DNA of 64,000 nucleotides from Nitrospirales bacterium (GTDB lineage Bacteria; Nitrospirota; Nitrospiria; Nitrospirales; UBA8639): NCBI GenBank assembly GCA_965203295.1, contig CBDBCZ010000011.1, positions 96,001 to 160,000 of the forward strand, read 5' to 3'. Shown piece by piece: positions 47,339 to 58,749 of this stretch (position 1 is its first letter; each line of letters starts with the position of its first letter). The notes under the pieces were generated by a model. It saw only the letters and a program-made list of their open reading frames with translations, ran no database searches and was not told where the DNA came from. The position numbers and the translations under genes were made by a program.

Positions 47339-49120
47339 GCTCAACTTAAGGAAAGCTTCCTGGATCCTCCAAGAGTCCTAGAGCAGAAGATGTACCACCA
47401 GAACAAACTCCTGAAACCCTCCGCAAAGAAAAGGTGAACCTGTTTAAATGTTGTTTGTCATGGGTAGTAGTAGTTCGCATGGGAGTTTCTCACTCTTACT
47501 CCCTTCCTCTTCTCAGATTTATTGTTTACAGGGTGACGCAAAGGTTATCCCTCCTGTTCAGACTACCAAACAGTCGGGAAGCAGGTGTGATCTCTATCGA
47601 ACGAACGTCAACCTTCCTAAACAGCTAGCTACCAAAGGTGAGTGTGCATATCTGAGTCTAGGAGTACGGTTTTGTGTACATGTATTCCCCCGCCCAACTG
47701 TGATCACTGTCCTAGTTAGCCTCGTACCTAGGTGCATTAAATGGGGAAAAGTGCGCCTGGTATCCGCTGTTTGGAATGTCTTATAGCCCTGGACAGGTAA
47801 TGAAATGCAGTGAATACTCTGTCTAATACGTAGCTGCTATATAGCTTGAACTTGGCCTGTGAACTGCTACTATTAAATACGTTCAGGGGACAGCATTATA
47901 AACATTTTTTTTAAAGTGGGGTCCTCTGACTGGGACCAACTCAACAAAAAAAAAGGGTCCCAGTCTGGACCCTTCCAAAAATTGTGTCGGTTGGGCTAGC
48001 CATTATACTCTAGGAGTTGAATGTGGCTGCCAGTTTATTCTCCAGAGTGTGCCTGTAGTACTCTCTTGCTGCTTTTATAGGACAACTTGTTGCAAACCGC
48101 TTGTGGGTTTTGACCAAAGAAGCATATTCATGTTTATATTTCTAATTTTCAAACATGAATATTCTAAAGCTGGACAATATTCTCACAGTCCAATTAGGAA
48201 AGTGTTGATTGGTGCCAGTGTATATAGTCTGGGACCAAGACAGTACAACCTTACAGTGCTCATGGATGTATCTTGTGGTGTGTATAGTCTACTTTCCCTC
48301 TTTGCAGACTGTAGTCTGGACCCTATCTAGGGCCAATGGTGGGTCATTAATGACTAGTTGTTTTGTTGGTACAGGCACTGTCGGAGTACGAGCTGCGAAT
48401 ACAGCGACAGGTTCGTGAGAACCAAGAAATGATGAAGACACTTGGATTGGTAAGTATTGCTAGCATGTCTTCCTGTACCCGTCCCTCCATTAAAGTTGAC
48501 CGATACTTCTTCTATTTAGGGCTGACCAGTTTGTGAGCAAACAATCAGATCCGGAGGATGACGACGCCTCTCTGCTCAGGTAGGCAGTACAATGAAGTGG
48601 AGACAAAGTGACTCCATGCCGGACAGTTGTTCTAATTATTGCCTAGACATGCACTTCATAATTCTGTGTAGTGCACATGTAAAAAGCGTTGTGTGTGTGC
48701 TCACTGCTGTTTGCCACATTGGCCTTTCTGGGGAAGACCCTTCAAATTTAGCATACTGTTGGGCACAGACACCTGGGCACAATGATTTTCTTCTAGTTCC
48801 TGAATTCAGATTTGTCACCCTATATTAGGTTCCAGCTGCGTCGGGTGAAGATTTTGAAGATGACTATGAGAATGATGATGTAAGCTATGTATAGAAATGA
48901 GGACTAACTTCACACTGTGTATCTACTGTGACACCACCAATTTAGCTTTATTTTTGGCCAGGAAATAGGCCACTACACTTGTAGCTCTGGGCCACCGTAA
49001 GGTCTAAGTGGCTAGACAAACTGCTTGGAGAAAGCTTAATTAGGTGCGTCCATTCTTTCTGCAGAGTGGTGGCAGTGATGACGATGTTGAATCAGAGGGT
49101 GATGCGGCAGTCAGTGCTGA
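47339..49120 (+). other. chain of short exon-like segments (possible transposon accessory gene or captured gene fragment)
   Basis: AG/GT-bounded segments ~47339-47433, 47532-47637, 48375-48449 (ALSEYELRIQRQVRENQEMMKTLGL), 48520-48579, 48829-48879 and 49064-49120 (acidic). Continuous frame not established. Confidence 0.4.
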
Positions 49121-49396
49121 GGTGTATTTGCCTGTGGATGAGCAGAGAGCTGGAGTAGCCGTTGGTTTTCTACAGTGGAGTTGTTCAAATGTTCTCCTGT
49201 GAAGAACTCTGACTCGTCTTAAAAATGAGGTGCTATGTAGCTGGACATGTATATGCAGGCCCACATACATGCATGCATGCTTTTATGTTTTTGTTTATAT
49301 TGTCAGTCGCATCACCTTATTGTAATTTCTTGTGATTTCATGCACCCATCTTATATTAAATTTGAAGACAGCACACCTGGAACAGTATGAATGTTG

Positions 49397-49601
49397 ATGT
49401 AACCGTTTATAGCATGCTGAGGCAACACGTACGTGCGTCAATATAACCGCTTGTCGCATGCTGAGGCAACACGTACGTGCGTCAATATAACCGCTTGTCG
49501 CATGCTGAGGCAACACGTACGTGCGTCGATATAACCGCTTGTCGCATGCTGAGGCAACACGTACGTGCGTCGATATAACCGCTTGTCGCGTGCTGAGACA
49601 A
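49397..49601. repeat. 44-bp tandem repeat (~4.6 units), subterminal to a CACTGCAAAAAA-type end at 49707
   Basis: atataaccgcttgtcgcatgctgaggcaacacgtacgtgcgtc(a/g) at 49441, 49485, 49529 and 49573, with a diverged unit at 49397. Confidence 0.92.
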
Positions 49602-50587
49602 CACAGGACGCGTGTCGATAATCGACACGCGTCACCCCGTGCCATTTTCTGGGACAAACGAACAACACGCGAACGTGGGTTGTTCCGACTCGGCATTTTT
49701 TGCAGTGATATAACTTGCCAAAGGGTATATATGTCAAGCAGATTAAAGCCATTGTTCCTTCATAATAATCCAAACCTCCATAATAATGAACGGCTGAGAA
49801 CCAGAGTGGTCTAACCTAAAATCAAGAATACACGTGCACAGTGGATTTTCAAAGTATTGGGCATAAGCTCATATATGCACATTTATTACTTTTTTCTGCA
49901 AATCCTAAAATTGTAAGCAGCTTCTGAAATATGTTTTAAGAGTTTTCTCAAGTTTGGGAGGGGTCAGTTAAAATTGTGGGCTATACCACTCTGGTTCTCT
50001 TGCAGCCCTTCATATATAGGCCAGTATATACATAAATTAATTTATTGGTACCTATAAAATGCAAGGTAATAGTGATCAGCATCCTGGTTGGAATTCTTCT
50101 CATGCAGTGTTTAGGCAGGCCATATTTCCAAAATGATTTATCAAACAAGCTATATAGGGATAACTTATCTCAGTTGCAACTGCAATACCGAACTATGCAG
50201 TGTTTACTGCATGCAGGAAGCCGATATCAATGGGACTTACATGTACAAGAGCTCAGCATGCATGCACTTCTATATATGATCATTCCAACAATTCAGATAC
50301 TCCACCAAATACTGTAAACAATTCATTTTGAGCTTCCATTGACATTGGCTTCCTGCAGTATTAGTAAACACAGCATAGTTTGGTGGCTATATAGCTATAC
50401 TCATGTTCAGATGTGCAAAGATCTTGCACATGCAGGTACTCCATGCAGGTTTAAATTACGCTTCATTTTAACATGAAAATGCATGTAATACAAAACTAAA
50501 ATATTGCATTGTACTGCTGAAGTTGTACACTTTCTCTACTTATTTCTTCTAAATGCCAAAATTAGTATAGCATTTCACAATACATAA

Positions 50588-52018
50588 TCACACCGATGGT
50601 TATACCATATAGATATATTATGTTTGGTTAGTTATATGCACTTCAATCTGTGCTTTCATTCTAACAGACATGTAGCCCTATCCTCGGCCTAAAGCATGCA
50701 CTTCCGGCCTGCCAGACCTGGTTACCAATAATAGTCACTTGGCGCTGCGAGCCTATATACTAGGGGATGCTTTGTTTGCATACAGGAGCTTTTATATGAG
50801 TGCCGCTTTGGGTGGTTCATGCATGCACTCTTGCATGGTGGACATTACACCATTACTTATGCTTCTCAGGCATATAGTGGAAAACATGATTCAGAACCCA
50901 CAACAAAGGGTCTACTTGAACAGTCAGCCCATACAACTTCTTTTGGAGTTGTTACAGGAATAATTATATACGTTGGCACCCAGATTATTCTAACTTGTGT
51001 ATGTACCTCTGGACCTCACAGTGAATTAGGGTCTCATAGCTACCAACCTAACCATAGATAATACAAAATCACACCGATGGTTATACCATATAGATATATT
51101 ATGTTTGGTTAGCTATATGCACTTCAATCTGTGCTTTCATTCTAACAGACATGCATGTAGCCCTATCCACGGCCTAAAGCATGCACTTCCGGCCTGCCAG
51201 ACCTGGTCACCAATAATAGTCACTTGGCGCTGCGAGCCTATATACTAGGGGATGCTTTGTTTGCATACAGGAGCTTTTATATGAGTGCCGCTTTGGGTGG
51301 TTCATGCACGCACTCTTGCATGGTGGACATTACGTTATTACTTATGCTTCTCAGGCATGTAGTGGAAAACATGATTCAGAACCCACAACAAAGGGTCTAC
51401 TTGAACAGTCAGCCTATACAACTTCTTTTGGAGTTGTTATAGGGATAATTATATATGCTGGCACCCAGATTATTCTTACTTGTGTATGTACCTCCCCACA
51501 GTGAATTAGGGTCTCATAGCTACCAACCTAACCATAGATAATACAAAATCACACCGATGGTTATACCATATAGATATATTATGTTTGGTTAGCTATATGC
51601 ACTTCACTCTGTGCTTTCATTCTAACAGACATGCATGTAGCCCTATCCTCGGCCTAAAGCATGCACTTCCGGCCTGCCAGACCTGGTCACCAATAATAGT
51701 CACTTGGCGCTGCGAGCCTATATACTAGGGGATGCTTTGTTTGCATACAGGAACTTTTATATGAGTGCCGCTTTGGGTGGTTCATGCACGCACTCTTGCA
51801 TGGTGGACATTACGTTATTATACTTATGCTTCTCAGGCATGTAGTGGAAAACATGATTCAGAACCCACAACAAAGGGTCTACTTGAACAGTCAGCCTATA
51901 CAACTTCTTTTGGAGTTGTTATAGGGATAATTATATATGCTGGCACCCAGATTATTCTTACTTGTGTATGTACCTCCCCATGCACAGTGAATTAGGGTCT
52001 CATAGCTACCAACCTAAC
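50588..52018 (+). repeat. ~480-bp unit triplicated in tandem (single in copy A, ~37553-38012)
   Basis: aatcacaccgatggttataccata...catagctaccaacctaac begins near 50588, 51068 and 51548. Confidence 0.95.
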
Positions 52019-53172
52019 ATACACCTGCAGTAAAGCACACAACACAACTATTAGTTTCATAGCTATTAGCTCACAGCAAAAAAAAATAACAAGTTTTGAC
52101 TGCTTAGTGGTTGCTCTAAGTTTGAGCATGTTTGAGTCAGCCCACACACAGCCAAAAAAGTGGAATTTCCTGAAATGCGTTACATGGAACTTGACAGGAA
52201 ATCTGGCATTTCAGGTATAGGGTAGTATAAATAGGGCAAAATTTCCTTTGAAATTATGAAATTCTGCCCTATCCTATACTACCCTATACCTAAAATATGC
52301 CAGACTTCCTGACAGATTTCCTTGTAACGTATTTCAGGAAATTTCACTTTAATTTTTTGCTGTGCCACTATAGTTTTCATTTATATAGCTATATATTTCA
52401 TGTAACTACACACTCATTTGTTGTGAAAATTTACAAATCTGAGTAGGAAGCAGAAACTAACCACCAAGCACATGAAACAACTGTATGTATCTTTTTTGTA
52501 TTCTGGCAAGGGAGATAATCAATAGGCTAAGCTTTGTGTGTTACTCATGCAGATGTGCAAAGCAGGCACTCCAGGTTTACACTTCCCTTGAATGTGAACC
52601 TTAAAAAAATCACAATCACATGCCAGAGATATCAGCCTTGATCATTGTGGCCAGACTGTTCTTTGGCAGGTATATAAGGCAGAGCAAGTAGAGGATACTA
52701 ATCAGTATTAACAATCAGTAGAGCTAGAGTTGAATTGTCTCATCTTCCATATGCATGCAACTAATGAATGTAACAATTCGTTCATTTAGCACATTTTTTT
52801 TACGCAACTGAGATGATCAATCGGTGTATGTTTAGAACAATCTTACAACATGCATGAGATATAATAGTGACGGTCATAGCTACACCATGATTATGCCCAT
52901 GCATGATTCCTTGCAGCGATGGCTCATGTCAGTACAGGTTGGCACAGAACCAAAAGGTAGCACGTCATTGTTAAATCATGGCGGTTTACGTATACTTGTT
53001 TCAACAAACAGATGAAACTCCAAACTACAATGTTTGACTACACTTTCTATAACTTGGAAATGTAGCCAAACAATGAAGTTCTACCGTATGACATAAATGT
53101 CCAATTAACCTTATGAGTGTTGTTAATGTTATAAGCATGCATGTGTATATACATTTCTAATGTATAGTTACT

Positions 53173-55221
53173 GCACAAGGCAAACTAAGTCTATACATGT
53201 TATGCCCTATCATGTCTTCTAGGGAAAGCCGTTTGAGAAAAGTAGTATATGTGGCAGTGGCATACATTACAAAGCTTAAAGGGTTGGAAGCTAGATAAGA
53301 CCTATGTACAATTGAGTTTACCTGCATGTGATTGGCACCAGCACCAGTTAATATGTAGGGGGTGACCGGGATTACAACCACCCACGTGCACTGAAGCACT
53401 TTTTGTATGCAAGCAAACTAAGTCTGTACATGTTATGCCCTGTCATGTCTTTTAGGGAAAGCCCTTTGTAGTGTTGATAAAAGTAGTATATATGGCATTG
53501 CACATGTCTTCACTCCATACATTACAAAGCTTAAAGGGTTGGAAGCTAGATAAGACCTATGTACAATTGAGTTTACGTACCTGCATGTGATTGGTACCAG
53601 CACCAGTAAATATGTAGGGGGTTACCGGGATTACAAACACCACCCACGTGCACTGAAGCACTTTTTGTATGCAGGCAAACTATAAGTCTGTACATGTTAT
53701 GCCCTGTCATATCTTCTAGGGAAAGCCCTTTGTAGTGTTGATAAAAGTAGTATATGGCATTGCACATGTCTTCACTCCATACATTACAAAGCTTAAAGGG
53801 TTGGAAGCTAGATAAGACCTATGTACAATTGAGTTTACCTGCATGTGATTGGTACCAGTACCAGTAAATATGTAGGGGGTTACCGGCGAGATTACAAACA
53901 CCACCCACGTGCACTGAAGCACTTTTTGTATGCAACAAACTATAAGTCTGTACATGTTATGCATAACCCTATCATGTCTTCTAGGGAAAGCCCATTGTAG
54001 TGTTGATAAAAGTAGTATATGCATGGCATTGCACATGTCTTCACTCCATACATTACAAAGCTTAAAGGGTTGGAAGCTAGATAAGACCTATGTACAATTG
54101 AGTTTACCTGCATGTGATTGGCACCAGCACCAGTTAATATGTAGGGGGTGACCGGGATTACAAACACCACCCACGTGCACTGAAGCACTTTTTGTATGCA
54201 GGCAACTAAGTCTGTACATGTTATGCCCTGTCATGTCTTTTAGGGAAAGCCCTTTGTAGTGTTGATAAAAGTAGTATATGGCATTGCACATGTCTTCACT
54301 CCATACATTACAAAGCTTAAAGGGTTGGAAGCTAGATAAGACCTATGTACAATTGAGTTTACCTGCATGTGATTGGCACCAGCACCAGTTAATATGTAGG
54401 GGGTGACCGGGATTACAAACACCACCCACGTGCACTGAAGCACTTTTTGTATGCAGGCAACTAAGTCTGTACATGTTATGCCCTGTCATGTCTTTTAGGG
54501 AAAGCCCTTTGTAGTGTTGATAAAAGTAGTATATGGCATTGCACATGTCTTCACTCCATACATTACAAAGCTTAAAGGGTTGGAAGCTAGATAAGACCTA
54601 TGTACAATTGAGTTTACGTACCTGCATGTGATTGGTACCAGCACCAGTAAATATTTAGGGGGTTACCGGTATTACAAACACCACCCACGTGCACTGAAGC
54701 ACTTTTTGTATGCAGGCAAACTAAGTCTGTACATGTTATGCCCTGTCATGTCTTCTAGGGAAAGCCCTTTGTAGTGTTGATAAAAGTAGTATATGGCATT
54801 GCACATGTCTTCACTCCATACATTACAAAGCTTAAAGGGTTGGAAGCTAGATAAGACCTATGTACAATTGAGTTTACGTACCTGCATGTGATTGGTACCA
54901 GCACCAGTAAATATGTAGGGGGTTACCGGGATTACAAACACCACCCACGTGCACTGAAGCACTTTTTGTATGCAAACAAACTAAGTCTGTACATGTTATG
55001 CCCTATCATGTCTTCTAGGGAAAGCCCTTTGTAGTGTTGATAAAAGTAGTATATGGCATTGCACATGTCTTCACTCCATACATTACAAAGCTTAAAGGTT
55101 TGGAAGCTAGATAAGACCTATGTACCTGCATGTGATTGGCACCAGCACCAATAAATATGTATAGGGGGTTACCGGGATTACAAACACCACCCACGTGCAC
55201 TGAAGCACTTTTTATATGCAG
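53173..55221 (+). repeat. ~255-bp tandem repeat, 8 units (copy B)
   Basis: Units start near 53173, 53409, 53671, 53931, 54198, 54453, 54712 and 54972. Confidence 0.97.
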
Positions 55222-55437
55222 TTATACATAAGAAACCTCAAAAGCCCCATGTCTGGTTTGGGTCCAAACCACAACTAGAATCCAATACAAAGAAGCAGGG
55301 AAACTGTCAATTAAACAAAGAGCTTGGGTGGGTATATAAAGCAGGAGAAACTTCTATAAAGCTAGCTATATGCCAGCCTCAAAAGAAAGACATCTGATTC
55401 ACTCATCTGTTCAGTCTCCAGAAGATCAACGGCAGAG

Positions 55438-55827
55438 ATGCAAGCAAAAATCCTGCTAGCAATTGGTGTCCTGGTTGGAGTCCTCCTTGGTGCCCAGGCA
55501 GCCCTGACGGTGAGCTTAATATATACTCAACCCCCCCACAAATAGAATGCATGGGCTGATGTTCTTACGTAGCATGAATTAGTAATAAAATATTGTGCAG
55601 TGCTAGCCGGTTACTGCATACATGCACCCATTCTCTCCATACAGCCCAACGGATGTCTTTGCCCACATGCGTGTTTAGGGAAAATTGATTTATTAAATAA
55701 ATGGGTCAGGTGCGTTTGTGACGGAGGTATCTTATCATGTCCACACCACTGCTATTGCCCCACTGGATACAACCTGGTCTGTGATGACACCAAGTGCAGG
55801 TGTATAGACCCACCGGTACCTCACTGA
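55438..55827 (+). CDS. small secreted cysteine-rich peptide, copy B (84 aa, 2 exons)
   Basis: Exon 1 55438-55509 MQAKILLAIGVLVGVLLGAQAALT. Exon 2 55645-55827 PNGCLCPHACLGKIDLLNKWVRCVCDGGILSCPHHCYCPTGYNLVCDDTKCRCIDPPVPH* (11 Cys). Canonical splice sites retained. Confidence 0.85.
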
Positions 55828-57865
55828 AACAGATCCAGACCCTATGGCTGACTAAGAAGTGCTGCTGTTAAGTATAGATGAGTGACTGTACAGCATTATA
55901 ATTAACCAAATGCAATTTACTTTTTTGCGTAGTATTAGAAATAGCCCTGTTTTATGGTGTTTCATCTGTTAGCTACTACTGTTTAGTGTTTATTCTGACT
56001 CATATAGCATAGAAGGTAAACAAAATATTTTTGGAAAGCAACAATTATTGAAGTTACCATAAATATTCACTTTTCATTGAAAAATTGTTTTTCTGAAAAG
56101 AAAAGTACTCATAGGTATTGCTGGTGTAGTTTGTAAACCCCAAGTCAGAGCTTCAGAGGACACAAACAAGAGCAGCTAGAGATTGTATTATCCGGATTAC
56201 CATATAAATTCTTCATCCTTGAACCCTTCAAACCAGGAGCCCATAAAACAAGCGTGCTACGTATATACACCATTATTTAGAGCAGAGTACTCGAGTACTC
56301 CCAAAGCCATGTACTACACTTGCTCTGCCTGTCAACACTAACTGATGAGTGTTATCGGATAAGTTGTACAATAACTGTTCTTTGCAAGCCCGCTGCTTTG
56401 GTTGCATGGACCGCGCACAGGTGCAGTCAGCACCAGGCAAAGTAACCACCAGGCAAAGTAACTGCCAAATGCACTTGTGCGCATGCGTAGCTCCTCGTAA
56501 ATTAACGCTAAAAGAGGTTACCCCAACCGGAAGTGGAGAAATAATATTATTACAAAAAATCATTACTGTTTTGACGCTTATAGCTCAATAACGCGGCAAT
56601 GGAAGGCCACAAAAACTATGCATGCTAGAGTATGAAGACTGGAGAAAGCCCAGAAACAAGATTCAGTCAATGTGTGCAGTCTTTCTACCGTACAGGTTCT
56701 ATATCACTGACCAGCTCGAAACACATTCGTGGTAAATCCCTCCGAATCCAAGAGAAAGATACAGCTTAAAGCCACGGTTGTATCTGTAGGTTTATAGGGT
56801 ACACGCCCAGACATTGAGAATGAAGACTTATCGCCCTTTGTTTAATAGAGAGAAAAGTCGGCTCTGTGCGTTCCCGAGGTAGATCTTCTTTCTCTGGACA
56901 TGCAGGCTCTTTGGAAGGTATAGTGTAATACTAAAAACTGCGAATCAGACCTACAAGTAACTCGAGAGCCCTAGGATTTACCGCGACAGATTCTGCACTC
57001 TGTGCACTATTACGCCCTGGCTATACCGTATCGGATGATGTGGGCCGGCGACATTATCACATCCGGTTACGCTTATTCCCAATGAAGTACATATAACCTC
57101 TGGCCCGTGGCGGTATATCAGTGCGCGGTGCAAGAACCTGCAGAAAACAGGGTCTTACTTACTTATTTGATCGTGTTTGCCGAAGTGAAAAAGGGATCTG
57201 TCGTAGCTGAGAACTTGGCCGGCGAGGGTATGTATAATGATTCGTGTTTTGATGCATGCTTAGTCAACTGGGTAATCTGCATGTATGAAAATACCTTCTA
57301 CCTACATCTATGGTGTCACATCTATAGGCCAAATGCAATACATGTAGCAAAATTTTATAGCGAAACTATTGAAAGGACATCACCTTGGTAATTAACGCAA
57401 GAGAGCAATTATAATAGGTGGGTGAGTTTTGCATACAAGACTCAAATTATAGGCATATGGCACCTTTTGAACAAGTGCATAGAGCTAAGACTGCCACAGT
57501 ATTCAACGTATGCATGTATTAGTTACAGACAATCACTATTAGTATTAACAGTGTGGTATTAAACGAGCACTGATATGATCTTGTAATCAATAAGATAGAG
57601 AAGCCACTACTAATCGTAGTTGGCCAAAGTTGCAGTATTATATGTACGGAAGCATGCAATGTATGCTTGGGACTTGGGAGGTGATCGAGGTATGGTTAGT
57701 TTAAAACTATGCCATGCAAGCTAATACTAATATGTATACTAGCTTGAAAAATATTATTGTGAGTGTGCATGTATGTGTATAGGCTTTGAGTAGATTCCAG
57801 TTGTGAGAGTACATGGGAAGCTGAGTACAGGTGTGTGCTCTGTGGTCTAGGGTAGGGTATCATGT

Positions 57866-58325
57866 GAATGTGAGAATACATGGGGAACTCCCGGGGAAAG
57901 TCCAAAAGTTAGGGTGCAGTACCAACTCAGATAGTGACTGTAATAATGTTATCATGTCTTGTGCCCACAAACAATGTAAAGGTGGAGGCATGAGATTCAC
58001 TAGTCTGTCAGTAGTCATAATAAATGTGAGAATACGTGGGGAACTCCCAGGGAAAGTCCAAAAGTTAGGGTGCAGTACCAACTCAGATAGCGACTTTAAT
58101 AATGTTATCATGTCTTGTGCCCACAAACAATGTAAAGGTGGAGGCATGAGATTCACTAGTCTGTCTGCAGTGCTCATGCATACTGGCTTGGAAGGCATTG
58201 GCAGCTGTACGCATTTTACGCATGCATGTGGTTGAAGAAATTCACATCTAGGCTTGTAGAAATTCACATCTAGGCCGAGAACCATACATACATTCAGTGG
58301 GGTTCGCTCAGGCTCACCCCAATTA
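57866..58325. repeat. ~157-bp tandem duplication followed by a hairpin-ended repeat terminus
   Basis: aatgtgagaatac.tggggaactccc...attcactagtctgtc at 57867 and 58024. A ggggtt...caccccaat hairpin lies at ~58299-58323. Confidence 0.7.
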
Positions 58326-58749
58326 TACTCTGGTGTAAGTTGTTTGCAGTAATGGAAATTTAATGTAAATTACCATGGCAACCACTTTTCCCCACGCTTA
58401 TAGCACTCAAAGGAGGCCACATACAGGGATCATTGCTATACCAATGTACATTAAATCAGTTAAAGGTCAGTTCACCTCAGACTTTAAATTCCCCTCTCCC
58501 AAATTGACCTTTAACTATTACTTATAGAGCAATCTCCAGTGATAAGCTTTAGATGCCCTTTTCTGAAGGAGGTAATCACTGCTTGACTCAGACTAATTAC
58601 TACTCTAGCCTTTTTACTGTCCATGCACAATGCACCAGATATAATTTTGGAAGGTCTAAGGTGCAATAGTATATGGTTTTAGTGTTTTGTCAATGTATCC
58701 TATGCAGGAAGATGGTCTAAGCCTTTTGGTTGTTGGATGCTCATGTGCA

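Larger units (their letters stand above)
49708..56342 (+). repeat. segmental duplication, copy B
   Basis: Colinear with 36153-41248. Lacks the Helentron-type insert. Has a triplicated ~480-bp unit, an extra 327 bp, and 8 rather than 5 units of the 255-bp repeat. Confidence 0.97.

Noticed and set aside
49397..49601. CRISPR-like appearance of the 44-bp repeats
   Set aside because: Units are contiguous with no unique spacers, there are no cas genes, and the context is eukaryotic.
38726..55200. Many 60-106-aa ORFs inside the 255-bp and 480-bp arrays
   Set aside because: They recur only because the DNA repeats. Frames are broken by unit-specific indels and there are no recognisable motifs.
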